Shown here in pieces: positions 25,199 to 35,837 of a DNA stretch of 64,000 nt; within the stretch, counting starts at the first letter, position 1, and each line of letters begins with the position of its first letter. Made by a program: the position numbers and the translations under genes. Where the stretch lies: positions 4,667 through 68,666 of the forward strand of contig JAJRYE010000035.1 in the NCBI GenBank assembly GCA_024275895.1, given 5' to 3'. The DNA comes from Alphaproteobacteria bacterium (GTDB lineage: Bacteria > Pseudomonadota > Alphaproteobacteria > Rhizobiales > BM303). The notes under the pieces are model-generated. The model was not told the DNA's origin and did not search any database. It saw only the letters and a list, made by a program, of their open reading frames with translations.

Positions 25199-26364
25199 AG
25201 GCCGGCGGTTCTGCCGGTTTTTACGCAGATCTTGTTCCTGTCCGTCAATACCGGCGGTTAAGCGATGCGAAAGCCTACCGCCGGGTGCCTGAGGACTGGC
25301 GGGTTGTTGTTTGCGATATCGAAGGCTCCACCAAAGCTGTTGCGGCCGGGCGCTACAAGGATGTGAATATGCTGGGCTCCGCCTGTATCACGGCGGCGCT
25401 GAATGTGTGCGGCGATATCGCCATTGCCTATGAGTTCGGCGGTGACGGGGCCACGCTGGTGGCGCCGGAGCGGCTCATCGGCAAACTCAGCGGCGCTTTA
25501 TGCGCATTGCAACAATATTCGGTTGCTATTTACGGCATGAAACTGCGCGTTGGCGCGGTGTCTGTGGCGGAGATCAGGGCACGGGGCGCGGATGTCCTGC
25601 TTGCCAGATATCAGCTTTCAAAGGGCAATACCCAGGCCATGTTCAGCGGCGGCGGCGTGGCGCTGGCCGATGATCTGATCAAGGCGGATGATCGCTATGC
25701 CCTGCATGCGCCAATCTCCGGCCCGCCGGATTTGACCGGGCTTTCCTGCCGCTGGGAACCGCTGCAATCTAAAAACGGCACAATGGTCACCCTGCTGGTT
25801 CTGGCGCGCGGGGCGCGGCAAAAAGAGCGCGACCGGCAATATGCCAGGGCGCTGGAAACGATTGAAGGCGTGACCGGTAATCTGGCCGGGCTGGCGCCGG
25901 CCAATGATGCAAGCCTGAAATTCAGATGGCCGCCGCGCTATTGGCGGCTTGAAGCTGTCGGACTTGGCGGCGGGCATGTCAGCTTCAAACAGATGATGAT
26001 TATCTGGACCGAGGCGGCGTTTCAAAAAATCGGTCATCAATTCGGTCTTAAATTCGGCGATTACAACGCGCCGGTTTACAAGGAAGAGCTCAAAACCAAT
26101 ACCGATTACCGCCGCTTTGGCGATATGATCCGGCTGGTTCTGGACTGCGACAGCAGGGCTGACAAGGATTTGCGCCGGGCGCTGAACGAGCTGGAAGAAA
26201 AAGGCGAAATCATTTACGGCCTGCATATCTCGCAAGACGCGCTGATGACCTGCCTTGTTTTTAATCTGGCCCGGTCGCGCCACATTCACTTCATCGACGG
26301 CGGCGGCGGCGGTTTTACGCTTGCGGCGACAGAGCTCAAAAAGAAAATAAAATCATTCGGATAG
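25186..26364 (+). CDS. DUF3095-like protein (putative nucleotide-cyclase fold)
   Basis: The ATG overlaps the korB 3' end by 13 nt. N-terminal pattern FYADL..V..Y..L.D...Y..VPEDW, then VVVCDIEGSTKAV..GRYKDVN and EFGGDGATLV. Confidence 0.7.
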   Translation: MGGVKAGGSAGFYADLVPVRQYRRLSDAKAYRRVPEDWRVVVCDIEGSTKAVAAGRYKDVNMLGSACITAALNVCGDIAIAYEFGGDGATLVAPERLIGKLSGALCALQQYSVAIYGMKLRVGAVSVAEIRARGADVLLARYQLSKGNTQAMFSGGGVALADDLIKADDRYALHAPISGPPDLTGLSCRWEPLQSKNGTMVTLLVLARGARQKERDRQYARALETIEGVTGNLAGLAPANDASLKFRWPPRYWRLEAVGLGGGHVSFKQMMIIWTEAAFQKIGHQFGLKFGDYNAPVYKEELKTNTDYRRFGDMIRLVLDCDSRADKDLRRALNELEEKGEIIYGLHISQDALMTCLVFNLARSRHIHFIDGGGGGFTLAATELKKKIKSFG

Positions 26365-26386
26365 CAGAATATTCTAAAAAACCTGT

Positions 26387-27631
26387 TCAGCTTAAATCCG
26401 CATCGAGATCCTCGACAATGATATCTTCCTTGCGCAGGACATCGAGCAGATGTTCAAAATGCTCGAAGCCGCGGGTTTCCAGCTCGATGATGACATAGGC
26501 GGTTTTGGCCGGCAGGGCGGAAAAACGGCGCTGGTGAACGACCTCGATAATATTGGCGCCTTCCTCGGCGATGATGTTGGAGAGCTTGGCAAGCTGGCCC
26601 GGCTGGTCGGTAAGCTCGACCCTGATACGGGCAAGGCGGTGTTCGCGGGCAAGTTCGCGGTACAAGATATCGGCCAGAAGCCGGGTATCGATATTGCCGC
26701 CGGTCAGAACCAGACCGAGTTTCTTGCCCCTGAAACGCTCAGGATAGGCCATGAGCGCGGCGATCCCGGCCGCGCCTGCGCCCTCAACCACGGTTTTTTC
26801 GATATTTAGAAGCAGGCTGACACCGCTTTCGAGTTTTGATTCATTGACCAGAATAATATCGTCAACCAACTCATCAACCAGCTTTGAGGTAAGCTCTCCG
26901 GGCGTTTTGACCGCAATGCCCTCGGCAAGGGTCGAGCCGCCGCAATGGGCCGCTTCACCGCGCAACCTGGCATGCATTGAGGGGAAAAGCTCGGCCTGAA
27001 CGCCGATGATTCTGGTTTTGGGGCTCAATGTTCTGGCGGCGACCGACATGCCCGATATCATGCCGCCGCCGCCAATGGGCAGGATGAGATAATCAAGCTC
27101 GGGGGCATCCTCAAGCATTTCAATTGCGATGGTGCCCTGACCCGCGATCACCAGCGGATCATCAAAAGGGTGAATGAAAGTCAGGCCGAACCTGTCGGTA
27201 AGCTTATGGGCATAGGCGGCGGATTCTTCAAAATTATCTCCATATAAAATGACGTTTGCACCGTGCACCCGAGTGCCTTCCACCTTTATCGACGGGGTGG
27301 CCATGGGCATGATGATGGTGGCGGGAATGCCGAGTCGTTTGGCGTGATAGGGGATGCCCTGGGCATGGTTGCCGGCGGAACAGGCAATCACGCCCTTGGC
27401 TCTTTGCGCCGCATCGAGGTGCAGCAGGCGGTTCAGAGCGCCGCGTTCCTTATAGGCGCCGGTAAATTGCAGATTTTCAAATTTCAGCCAGATTTGCGCC
27501 CCCAGAATGTTAGAGAGGGTCCGGCTCAGCCGTGTCGGGGTGCGAATAACCGCCGGGCTGATGGCTTCATGGGCGGCCTTGATATCAGAGAAGGTCAAAG
27601 GCAGTTTTCCGGCCGGTGTCGTTTTGCTCAT
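26387..27631 (-). CDS. ilvA: threonine ammonia-lyase (threonine dehydratase) with C-terminal ACT-like domain
   Basis: PLP lysine motif ENLQFTGAYKERGA, the GGGG loop (ILPIGGGGMISG) and a single regulatory domain. Confidence 0.9.
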   Translation of the reverse strand: MSKTTPAGKLPLTFSDIKAAHEAISPAVIRTPTRLSRTLSNILGAQIWLKFENLQFTGAYKERGALNRLLHLDAAQRAKGVIACSAGNHAQGIPYHAKRLGIPATIIMPMATPSIKVEGTRVHGANVILYGDNFEESAAYAHKLTDRFGLTFIHPFDDPLVIAGQGTIAIEMLEDAPELDYLILPIGGGGMISGMSVAARTLSPKTRIIGVQAELFPSMHARLRGEAAHCGGSTLAEGIAVKTPGELTSKLVDELVDDIILVNESKLESGVSLLLNIEKTVVEGAGAAGIAALMAYPERFRGKKLGLVLTGGNIDTRLLADILYRELAREHRLARIRVELTDQPGQLAKLSNIIAEEGANIIEVVHQRRFSALPAKTAYVIIELETRGFEHFEHLLDVLRKEDIIVEDLDADLS

Positions 27632-27724
27632 CTCGGACTCATATTTGCAAATAAAATAACGGCATTGCCGGTATGAACCTGAATGCGGTTGATCGCAAGA
27701 GGAGCTTTTTCGCCGGACCCGCTT

Positions 27725-28411
27725 TTATTTTTTCAGCTCTTCCAATGCCCCGATCACCTGCGCCAGAGTATCGATCACCATATCGCCGCCAAGCTCTGCG
27801 GCCGGAATGGCTGTGTAGCCATAGGACATAACGATAACCGGCAGACTGGCGTTGCGGGCGGTTTTGACATCAGCGGTGCTGTCGCCGACAAAAACGGCCT
27901 CTTGCGCCCCAACCCCCAGCTCCTTCAGGCAGGCCAGCATGGGCTCCGGGTCGGGCTTGGCGGCATAGCCTGACGTACCGCCGATAATTGAGCCGAAATA
28001 CCGGGTTAAACCAAGATCGTCCAGAATCTGGCGGCTGACATCGGTGGGCTTGTTGGTGCACAGACCGATTTTGATCTTGCTGGCGCTCAAATCCTCAAGC
28101 AATTGCTGCGCGCCTTGATAGGGGCGGGTTTCCCGAGTGGCGCGGGCAAGATAAATCGCCATGAATTTGGGGACAAGGGCGCTGACGGCGACTTTGTCAT
28201 GGGGCTCGCCGTGGGCGCGCAGGCCGCGCTCGATCAGCTTGGGAACGCCGTTGCCGATCATCACCCGGATATCGTCCTGGGGCAGGGCGGGGCGGCCAAG
28301 CTCCACTTCCAGCACAGTGTTGAGCGCACCGGCAAGATCGGGCACGCTGTCGATCAGCGTACCGTCAAGATCAAAGATTACGGCTTTGGGCCAGTTGGTA
28401 TTTTCGGGCAT
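27725..28411 (-). CDS. gph: phosphoglycolate phosphatase (HAD superfamily)
   Basis: ATG at 28411. VIFDLDGTLIDS motif I, CTNK motif II, VGDSTADV motif IV. Confidence 0.85.
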   Translation of the reverse strand: MPENTNWPKAVIFDLDGTLIDSVPDLAGALNTVLEVELGRPALPQDDIRVMIGNGVPKLIERGLRAHGEPHDKVAVSALVPKFMAIYLARATRETRPYQGAQQLLEDLSASKIKIGLCTNKPTDVSRQILDDLGLTRYFGSIIGGTSGYAAKPDPEPMLACLKELGVGAQEAVFVGDSTADVKTARNASLPVIVMSYGYTAIPAAELGGDMVIDTLAQVIGALEELKK

Positions 28412-28451
28412 ATACAATGTTCTTTTCTTGTCGTTTGCGCTTCTCACCTGC

Positions 28452-28554
28452 CATCATCCCCGCGAAAGCGGAAGGTTCGGAGCAACACGGGTTTGCCCTG
28501 TCTTGCTGGATTACCGCCTTCGCGGGAATGACGAATAAGGGGCGGGAATCCACG
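28452..28554. repeat. REP-like repeat, inverted pair in the rpe-gph spacer
   Basis: CATCATCCCCGCGAAAGCGGAAGG (28452-28475) and the inverted CCGCCTTCGCGGGAATGACG (28514-28533) match at 17/20 positions when reverse-complemented. A further partial copy GCGGGAATCC lies at about 28541-28550. Confidence 0.5.
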
Positions 28555-28579
28555 AATGGAGTGTGGGAGTGGCGGATTT

Positions 28580-29254
28580 TCAGGCGTTTTTGATGCCTTC
28601 ATGGGCAGCAGTCCGGATGGCGGCCATGTTCTCGGCATATTTGCCGCCCTTGAAGGTGGCAGAACCGGCGACCAGCGCATTGGCGCCGGCGGCGGCGACA
28701 TCTCCGGCGGTGGCGGGGCTTACGCCGCCATCGACTTCCAGATCAATCGGACGCTCGCCGATCATCGCGCGGATATTGCGGATTTTGGCAAGCTGCTCAC
28801 GAATAAAGGACTGGCCGCCAAAGCCCGGATTGACTGACATCACCAGAACAAGATCAATCTTGTCGATGACATATTGCAATACGCCCTCGGGCGTTGAGGG
28901 ATTTAATGATACCCCGGCCTTTTTGCCCAGAGAGCGGATATACTGCAAGGAGCGGTCAAGATGCGGCCCGGCTTCGGCATGAACCGTGATCATGTCGGAA
29001 CCGGCATTGGCGAAAGCCTCGATATAAGGATCGCAAGGCGCGATCATCAGATGGACATCAAAGATTTTTTTCGTGTGCGGGCGCAAGGCTGCGACCACAT
29101 CGGGGCCGATGGTGATATTGGGCACATAATGGCCGTCCATGACATCAATATGCACCCAGTCGCACCCCGCCTCGTCAATAGCGCGGACTTCCTCGCCAAG
29201 ACGGGCGAAATCGGCCGAAAGGATGGAGGGCGAAATCAAAATTTCTTTAGCCAT
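28580..29254 (-). CDS. rpe: ribulose-phosphate 3-epimerase
   Basis: ATG at 29254 after [27 protein letters not shown] and VNPGFGGQ motifs. Confidence 0.95.
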   Translation of the reverse strand: MAKEILISPSILSADFARLGEEVRAIDEAGCDWVHIDVMDGHYVPNITIGPDVVAALRPHTKKIFDVHLMIAPCDPYIEAFANAGSDMITVHAEAGPHLDRSLQYIRSLGKKAGVSLNPSTPEGVLQYVIDKIDLVLVMSVNPGFGGQSFIREQLAKIRNIRAMIGERPIDLEVDGGVSPATAGDVAAAGANALVAGSATFKGGKYAENMAAIRTAAHEGIKNA

Positions 29255-29291
29255 ATCCGGCTCCTGCATTTGGTTTTTCATAAAATGATTC

Positions 29292-29319
29292 CGCCATTCC
29301 GGTTTTCGCCGGGATGGCG
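29292..29319. repeat. REP-like hairpin in the fba-rpe spacer
   Basis: CGCCATTCCGG-ttttcg-CCGGGATGGCG (11-bp arms, 1 mismatch). It is related to the CATTCCGG core of the other copies. Confidence 0.4.
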
Positions 29320-29335
29320 TGATGTGTCTTTCTTA

Positions 29336-30400
29336 CTAGCCAATTTTAGGATCAAGCTCGCCCGAGGCATAACGGGCGGCCATTTCCTTCAGGGATATCG
29401 GCTTGATCTTGCTGGCCTGTCCGGCGGCGCCGAATAGCTCATAGCGCTCGACGCATACCTTGGTCATGGCTTCGGTCGCCGGTTTGAGGAAGCCGCGCGG
29501 GTCAAAACCTGCCGGGTTTTCGGTGAGGTATTTGCGCACCTGACCAGTGGCGGCAAGGCGCAGATCGGTGTCAATATTGACCTTGCGCACCCCCATCTTG
29601 ATGCCCTTGGCGATCTCTTCGACCGGAACGCCGTAGGTCTGGGGCAGGCCGCCACCATACTCGTTGATGATATCCTGCAATTCCTGCGGTACGGAGGATG
29701 AACCGTGCATCACCAGATGCACATTGGGCAGCTTCTTGTTGATCGCCTCAACCACATTCATGGCGAGAATATCGCCGGTGGGCTTGCGGGTGAATTTATA
29801 GGCGCCGTGGCTGGTGCCCATGGCGATGGCCAGTGCGTCGCATTTGGTTTTTTGCACAAAGTCAACCGCCTGATCCGGGTCGGTAAGCAGTTTGTCCTTG
29901 TCGAGCTTGCCTTCAAAACCGTGGCCGTCCTCGGCCTCGCCTTCGCCGGTTTCCAGCGAGCCCAGAACCCCCAGTTCGCCCTCAACCGAAACGCCGACCC
30001 AATGTGCCATCTCAGTCACGGTTTTCGTGACCTCGACATTATATTCATAAGAAGCCGGCGTCTTGGCGTCGGCTTCCAGCGAGCCGTCCATCATCACCGA
30101 GGCAAAAGAGGCCTGAATGGCGGAGAGGCAGGTGGCGGCATTGTTGCCGTGGTCCTGATGCAAGCAGATGGGAATATCGGGATAGATTTTCTCGGCCGCC
30201 GAAACCATGGCCTCCAACATGATGTCGTTGGCGTAATTACGCGCGCCGCGGCTGGCTTGAAGGATGGCCGGGGCACCGACCTTTTTGGCCGCCTCCATGA
30301 TCACAATTACCTGCTCCATGTTATTGACATTGAAGGCGGGCATGCCGTAGTCGTTTTCCGCTGCATGATCAAGCAATTGCCTGAGTGAAATTCGTGCCAT
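29336..30400 (-). CDS. fba: class II fructose-bisphosphate aldolase (CbbA/Calvin-cycle-subtype-like)
   Basis: ATG at 30400 after AGAGGA. 354 aa; [30 protein letters not shown] and the metal ligands (HQDHG, HGSS). Confidence 0.95.
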   Translation of the reverse strand: MARISLRQLLDHAAENDYGMPAFNVNNMEQVIVIMEAAKKVGAPAILQASRGARNYANDIMLEAMVSAAEKIYPDIPICLHQDHGNNAATCLSAIQASFASVMMDGSLEADAKTPASYEYNVEVTKTVTEMAHWVGVSVEGELGVLGSLETGEGEAEDGHGFEGKLDKDKLLTDPDQAVDFVQKTKCDALAIAMGTSHGAYKFTRKPTGDILAMNVVEAINKKLPNVHLVMHGSSSVPQELQDIINEYGGGLPQTYGVPVEEIAKGIKMGVRKVNIDTDLRLAATGQVRKYLTENPAGFDPRGFLKPATEAMTKVCVERYELFGAAGQASKIKPISLKEMAARYASGELDPKIG

Positions 30401-30436
30401 TTTGGTTTCCTCTTTGTTTGTTTGTCCGTTGTTTTT

Positions 30437-30448
30437 GCCGGAATGACG
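30437..30448. repeat. REP-like half-site in the pgk-fba spacer
   Basis: GCCGGAATGACG, identical to 10534-10545. Confidence 0.4.
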
Positions 30449-30456
30449 TGTCGTGT

Positions 30457-31665
30457 TTAGCCTTGCGCCAGCGCCATGACGCCGGGCAGTTCCTTGCCTT
30501 CCATCCATTCCAGGAAAGCGCCGCCGGCGGTTGAGATATAGGTGAAATCCTCGCTGACACCGGCGATGTTGAGCGCCGCCACCGTATCGCCGCCGCCGCC
30601 AACCGTGATCAGCTTGCCCGCTCTGGTGAGTTCGGCCGCCTTTTTGGCCACGGCAAAAGTGGCCGCGCCGAAAGGCTCCATCTCAAAAGCGCCGAGCGGG
30701 CCGTTCCAGATCAGGGTTTTGCAGTTTTCAAGTTCAGCTTCGACCGTTTCTACCGATACGGGGCCCGCATCAAGGATCATGCCGTCTTCGGGCACGTTAT
30801 CGGCGGCATAAACCGCGTTCTTTGCATTGGGTTTGAATTCATCGGCCACGACCACGTCTTCCGGGATCATAATCCTGCAGCCTTCCGCTTTTGCCGTGGC
30901 CATGATTTCCTTCGCCGTATCGGCATAATCGGGCTCGCAGAGCGATTTGCCCACCGCTTGTCCCTTGGCGTACATGAAGGTATTGGCCATGCCGCCGCCG
31001 ATAATCAGAACATCGACCTTTTTGGTCAGATTGACAAGAACCGTAATCTTGGACGAGACTTTCGCGCCGCCGACAATGGCGGCAACGGGACGTTTGGGAT
31101 TGTCAAGCGCGGTGGCAAGGGCGGTGATTTCTGCCATCATCAATGGACCGGCATAAGCGGGCAGCAGATGCGCCAGACCCTCGGTCGAGGCATGGGCGCG
31201 GTGCGAGGTGGAAAAGGCGTCGGAGACATAAATATCGCCGTTTTTGGCCAATTGGGCGGTGAACTCGGGATCGTTTCCGGTTTCTCCGGCATAAAAGCGC
31301 AGATTTTCCAGCATGGCGATATCGCCGTCCTTTAATGCTGCAATGCCCGCCTCAGCCACCGGACCGATGCAATCGGCGATAAAGCGAACCGGTTTGCCGA
31401 GCTGCTGCGCCAGTTTGGCGGCGACCGGCTCAAGGGTCATCTCCGGCACTTTCTTGCCGCCGGGACGGCCGAAATGCGTGAGGATGATCACCTTGGCGCC
31501 GCGCTCGCTCAGGGAACGGATGGCGGGTACGACGCGGTCAAGCCGCGTCGTATCCGTTACATTGCCGTCCTTCATGGGGACATTGAGATCGGCGCGCATC
31601 AAAACGCGCTTTCCCGCCACATCGGCGTCCTCTATGCCCCGCATGCGGGAGAGGAGGTCTGACAT
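30457..31665 (-). CDS. pgk: phosphoglycerate kinase
   Basis: 402 aa with the typical PGK N- and C-domain motifs (RADLNVP, GGGDT, STGGGA-type [10 protein letters not shown]). Confidence 0.95.
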   Translation of the reverse strand: MSDLLSRMRGIEDADVAGKRVLMRADLNVPMKDGNVTDTTRLDRVVPAIRSLSERGAKVIILTHFGRPGGKKVPEMTLEPVAAKLAQQLGKPVRFIADCIGPVAEAGIAALKDGDIAMLENLRFYAGETGNDPEFTAQLAKNGDIYVSDAFSTSHRAHASTEGLAHLLPAYAGPLMMAEITALATALDNPKRPVAAIVGGAKVSSKITVLVNLTKKVDVLIIGGGMANTFMYAKGQAVGKSLCEPDYADTAKEIMATAKAEGCRIMIPEDVVVADEFKPNAKNAVYAADNVPEDGMILDAGPVSVETVEAELENCKTLIWNGPLGAFEMEPFGAATFAVAKKAAELTRAGKLITVGGGGDTVAALNIAGVSEDFTYISTAGGAFLEWMEGKELPGVMALAQG

Positions 31666-31666
31666 T

Positions 31667-32674
31667 TTACAGCGCTCCCCAATAGACGGCGGTGTCGCTC
31701 ATGCGGTTGGAAAAACCCCATTCATTGTCGTACCAGGACATGATGCGCACCAGAGAGCCGTCAATGACTCTTGTGCCCGGCGCATCGAAGGTCGAGGAGT
31801 TCGGGTTGTGGTTGTAATCAGAAGATACCAGCGGCTCGGTATTGTAGCCCAGAATGCCCTTCAGCGGGCCTTCGGCGGCTTCCTTGATGGCTTCGTTGAT
31901 TTCTTCCACCGTGGTGTCGCGGCCGGCGTTGAATTTCAGGTCAACCAGCGAGACATTCGGGGTCGGCACGCGGATGGCGACACCGTCGAGCTTGCCGAGA
32001 AGTTCAGGCAGCACAAGGCCAACCGCGGCGGCGGCGCCGGTGGAGGTCGGGATCATGTTGACCGCTCCGGCGCGCGAGCGATAGGGGTCCGAATGCAGCG
32101 TGTCCACAATGCGCTGATCGCCGGTATAGGAGTGAATGGTGGTCATGAAACCTTGCTTGATGCCGACCGTCTTGTTGAGAATATCTGCCACCGGCGCGAG
32201 GCAGTTGGTGGTGCATGACGCGTTAGAGACGACCTGGTCATCGGCGCTCAGGGTTTCGTGATTGACGCCGTAAACGATGGTCTTGTCGGCGCCGCCCGAG
32301 GGGGCCGAGACCAGAACTTTTTTGGCGCCGCCTTCGATATAGGCCATCGCCTTGTCCTTGTTGCGGAAAATACCGGTGCATTCGAGCATGATATCGATGC
32401 CCAGATCGCCAAGGGGAAGCTTTGAGGGGTCGCGTTCGGCCATCACCTTGATGGTGTCACCGTTCACGGTCATGGAATCCTCGGTAGTGGAAATCTCGCC
32501 GGGGAAAATGCCGTGCACACTGTCATATTTGAGCAGACGCGCATTGGCGTCGGTGGGGCCAAGGTCATTGATGAGAACGAAATCGAGATCATTGCGGCCC
32601 GCTTCCATATAGGCGCGCAGAACCAGACGGCCGATGCGTCCAAAACCATTAATCGCAACACGAGTTTTAGCCAT
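31667..32674 (-). CDS. gap: type I glyceraldehyde-3-phosphate dehydrogenase
   Basis: [12 protein letters not shown] fold and active-site SNASCTTNC. The stop lies 1 nt from the pgk ATG. Confidence 0.95.
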   Translation of the reverse strand: MAKTRVAINGFGRIGRLVLRAYMEAGRNDLDFVLINDLGPTDANARLLKYDSVHGIFPGEISTTEDSMTVNGDTIKVMAERDPSKLPLGDLGIDIMLECTGIFRNKDKAMAYIEGGAKKVLVSAPSGGADKTIVYGVNHETLSADDQVVSNASCTTNCLAPVADILNKTVGIKQGFMTTIHSYTGDQRIVDTLHSDPYRSRAGAVNMIPTSTGAAAAVGLVLPELLGKLDGVAIRVPTPNVSLVDLKFNAGRDTTVEEINEAIKEAAEGPLKGILGYNTEPLVSSDYNHNPNSSTFDAPGTRVIDGSLVRIMSWYDNEWGFSNRMSDTAVYWGAL

Positions 32675-32698
32675 GAGTAGTCTCCTTTTTCAGATCAG

Positions 32699-34669
32699 TT
32701 ATTTAACAAGTTTGGTGGCGGCATTGACGACGGCTTCCGCCGTGATGCCAAAATGTTTGTAGAGTTCCGGAGCAGGGGCGGAGGCGCCAAAGCCGGTCAT
32801 GCCGATGAAGACGTCATGGGGCGCAAGCCAGCGGTCCCAGCCTTGTTTGACCGCCGCCTCAACCGCAACACGCGGCGCATCGCCCAGAACTTCATGGCGA
32901 TAGGCGTGACCTTGTTGTTCGAAAAGCTCAAAGCAGGGCATGGAGACCACGGCGGCGTTTATACCTTTGCCTTTAAGTGTTTCAGCAGCTTCCATGGCCA
33001 GCGAAAGCTCGGTGCCGGTGCCTATGAGCGTGACATCGCGCTTGCCTTGCGCTTCCCTGAGCACATAGGCACCCTTGGCGGTGAGGTTTTCGCCGCCCGC
33101 ATCAGAGCGGTATGCCGGCATGGACTGACGCGAAAGCGCCAGACAGGAGGGCGAAGTGGTGGCTTTAAGGGCGCATTCCCAGGTTTCGGCCATTTCCATC
33201 AGATCGCCGGGGCGGAATACGAGGGTATTGGGCATGGCGCGCAGGGACGCCAGATGCTCGACCGGTTGATGGGTCGGTCCGTCCTCGCCAAGACCGATGC
33301 TATCATGGGTCAGGACATGAATGACCTGAACCCCCATCAGCGCCGCGAGGCGGATGGCGGGACGCGAATAATCGGCGAATACCAGGAAGGTGCCCGAAAG
33401 CGGCGTGATGCCGCCATGCAATGTCATGCCGTTCATGGTGGTGGCCATGCCAAATTCGCGCACACCGTAATGGATGTAATTGCCACCGTAATTTTCGGCT
33501 GTCACCGGATCATAGGCCGAGGTTTTGGTGCCGTTGGAACCGGAAAGGTCGGCGGAGCCGCCAATGAGGCCGGGGATGGCGGGGTAGAGTTTCTCCAGAA
33601 CCTTGGCGGAGGACTGGCGGGTGGCCAAAACCGGCATATCGGCGGCAAAATCCGCTTTGGCGGCGGCGATGGCGGCCTCAAGCGCGGCTTGATCAATACC
33701 GGTCTGCCGGGCTTCAAAGGCTTCTTTTTCGGCCGAGGCGGCCAGGCGCTCCTGCCAGGCCTTGCGCTCCGAAGCGCCGCGCCCGCCCGCTTCACGCCAG
33801 GCGCTGAGGATATTTTCCGGGATTTCAAAGGGGCCGGCGCTCCAGCCCAGCGCCTTGCGGGTAGCGGCGATCTCATCGGCGCCCAGAGGGGCGCCATGGG
33901 TGGCCGAAGTGCCCTGTTTGTGCGGTGCACCGTAACCGATGATGGTTTTGCACGAGATGATGGAAGGCTTGTCGGTTTTCTTCGCGGCGGCAATGGCGGC
34001 CTCGATCTCATCCGCGTTATTCCCGTCACAGCTTGAGGTGTCCCAGCCATAGGCCTTGAAGCGGGCAAGAGTGTCTTCGGTGCTGGAGACATCGACGCCG
34101 CCATCAATGGTGATGGAGTTGTCATCCCACAGCACGATCAGCTTGCCGAGCTTCATTTGGGCGGCAATACCGGCGGCTTCATGCGAGATGCCTTCCATAA
34201 GGCAGCCGTCACCGGCGATGACATAAGTGTAGTGATCGACAAGATCATCACCGAATCTGGCATTGAGCATGCGCTCGGCCAGCGCCATGCCGACCGCCGT
34301 TGCCACACCCTGGCCCAGCGGGCCGGTAGTGACTTCGACCCCGTTGACATTACCATATTCCGGGTGACCGGCAGTCTTGGAGCCCATCTGGCGGAAGTTG
34401 CGCAGATCATTCATGGTCAGATCCGGGTAGCCGGAAAGGTAGAGAACGGAGTAAAGCAGCATGGAGCCATGGCCCGAGGAAAGCACAAAGCGGTCACGGT
34501 CGGCCCATTTATGGTCCTGCGGGTCGTATTTGAGGAATTTGGTAAACAGGACGGTGGCGATATCGGCCTGGCCCATGGGCGCGCCGGGATGGCCGGAATT
34601 GGCGGCCTGAACCGCATCCATTGACAAGGCGCGAATGGCATTGGCCATTTCGTTATGTGTAGCTGACAT
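32699..34669 (-). CDS. tkt: transketolase
   Basis: 656 aa with SGHPGAPMG, the GDGCLMEGIS TPP motif and HDSIGLGEDGPTHQ. Confidence 0.95.
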   Translation of the reverse strand: MSATHNEMANAIRALSMDAVQAANSGHPGAPMGQADIATVLFTKFLKYDPQDHKWADRDRFVLSSGHGSMLLYSVLYLSGYPDLTMNDLRNFRQMGSKTAGHPEYGNVNGVEVTTGPLGQGVATAVGMALAERMLNARFGDDLVDHYTYVIAGDGCLMEGISHEAAGIAAQMKLGKLIVLWDDNSITIDGGVDVSSTEDTLARFKAYGWDTSSCDGNNADEIEAAIAAAKKTDKPSIISCKTIIGYGAPHKQGTSATHGAPLGADEIAATRKALGWSAGPFEIPENILSAWREAGGRGASERKAWQERLAASAEKEAFEARQTGIDQAALEAAIAAAKADFAADMPVLATRQSSAKVLEKLYPAIPGLIGGSADLSGSNGTKTSAYDPVTAENYGGNYIHYGVREFGMATTMNGMTLHGGITPLSGTFLVFADYSRPAIRLAALMGVQVIHVLTHDSIGLGEDGPTHQPVEHLASLRAMPNTLVFRPGDLMEMAETWECALKATTSPSCLALSRQSMPAYRSDAGGENLTAKGAYVLREAQGKRDVTLIGTGTELSLAMEAAETLKGKGINAAVVSMPCFELFEQQGHAYRHEVLGDAPRVAVEAAVKQGWDRWLAPHDVFIGMTGFGASAPAPELYKHFGITAEAVVNAATKLVK

Positions 34670-34700
34670 TTTAAAAATCCCCCTTATGGATCAACAAAAC

Positions 34701-35642
34701 TTAAAGAGCGTGAACGCCGTGTTCGGCCTTCACCATATGATAGGCAACGAGAAGCTGGGTAAGCGCCAGCGGATGCGAGAGGTCGCGGCCCGTATCGCCG
34801 TCATAGGCCCCGACCCTGGGGCGCAAATGCGAGGCTTCAGGCACCAGCGACCATAAAAGATTTTCCATTTTTGTCGCGCGTTCATCGGATAGCGCGCCGT
34901 TGATTTCCAGAATATCCACCGGCTTGCCGTCCCGGTCGCGCGCCAGTTCCAGATCAAGATCGCCATTTGAGGCCCCGTCGAGGATGGGCGAGAGATCCGG
35001 GTGGGGCAGGGTGGGGCGCAGAACGAGACGCACATTCAGATGCCGGTCGTTGTCCTGGCTTGCATTCGCGCCGCTTGCCGTCTGAAAGCGAATAACCATA
35101 TCGGCAAAGGCGCGTTGCGGAATGATGAATTCCGGGCTGTCGTCTTTTCGCTTTTCCAGAGACGAGCGCACATCTTCAGCCGAATAGCCGCGCATATGGG
35201 TATCGCGGTAAATCTTCCACTTGATGCGTAATTCCTCCTGCGGATCGAGGAAAATTTTGACATCAAAATTCTCGCGCGCCTTGCGGGTGGCGTAGCCCAG
35301 CAGCCCTTCGCAGATGACAAAATCCTTGGGGCGGATATATTCAGGCCGCTCCAGCGCGCCTTTTTCATGTGAATACACCGGCTTTAAAATCGGCTTGCCC
35401 TGGCGCAGCAACGCCAGATGCTGCTCGAAAATATCGATATAGTTGCTTTTCGGGTCCAGCGCCGAGACCTGTCTGGCGGCGCGCTGGTTGCGGTCATATT
35501 TGTGATAATCATCAACGCAAATCACGGTGCAGCGGTCCGGCCCTAGAATATCGGCGATTCCCTCCGAGATCGTGGTTTTTCCGGTGGCGGAATCTCCCAC
35601 GATACCAAGGATGATCGGGCGGTTGACTTTCTTTTTCTGCAC
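34701..35642 (-). CDS. phosphoribulokinase/uridine kinase family protein resembling class II (cyanobacterial/plant/archaeal-type) PRK
   Basis: P-loop GIVGDSATGKTT, then VICVDDYHKYDR, SALDP, KPVYSH, ICEGLL, RIKWKIYRD and KRKDDSPEFIIPQ. The order and spacing are as I remember them for class II PRKs, including the longer C-terminal domain. Confidence 0.75.
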   Translation of the reverse strand: MQKKKVNRPIILGIVGDSATGKTTISEGIADILGPDRCTVICVDDYHKYDRNQRAARQVSALDPKSNYIDIFEQHLALLRQGKPILKPVYSHEKGALERPEYIRPKDFVICEGLLGYATRKARENFDVKIFLDPQEELRIKWKIYRDTHMRGYSAEDVRSSLEKRKDDSPEFIIPQRAFADMVIRFQTASGANASQDNDRHLNVRLVLRPTLPHPDLSPILDGASNGDLDLELARDRDGKPVDILEINGALSDERATKMENLLWSLVPEASHLRPRVGAYDGDTGRDLSHPLALTQLLVAYHMVKAEHGVHAL

Positions 35643-35753
35643 GGTTGCGGCTTACCCTGAAATAGTGATCGAAAATTGTTTTCCCTGAATACGACCGGAA
35701 ATTAAGCAAATGCTAATATTTTGCAAACATGCAAGCGGGTAGGGTGGCTAAGT

Positions 35754-35782
35754 CTTATGGGCGGGGCGCCCCCGCCCATAAG
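35754..35782 (-). terminator. perfect GC-rich hairpin between the two PRK-family genes
   Basis: CTTATGGGCGGGG-cgc-CCCCGCCCATAAG has 13-nt perfect arms. It lies 3' of prk and about 110 nt 5' of the class-II-like gene. No U tract. Confidence 0.5.
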
Positions 35783-35837
35783 TGCAGGTTTGATTGAGTC
35801 GGCCTGAAATCATTGCCCGGTTGCGGCTCTGCCGGCT

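Noticed and set aside
25618-26289. 223-aa minus-strand ORF
   Set aside because: It is antisense to the DUF3095-like gene, which has the better coding pattern and is coupled to korB.
29705-32218. Plus-strand ORFs 29705..30388 and 31313..32218
   Set aside because: They are antisense to fba and to pgk/gap respectively. Shadow ORFs.
32753-34036. 427-aa plus-strand ORF
   Set aside because: It is antisense to transketolase, whose TPP motifs are unmistakable. The translation is Gly/Arg/Ala-rich with no motifs, which is a typical shadow ORF of high-GC coding DNA.
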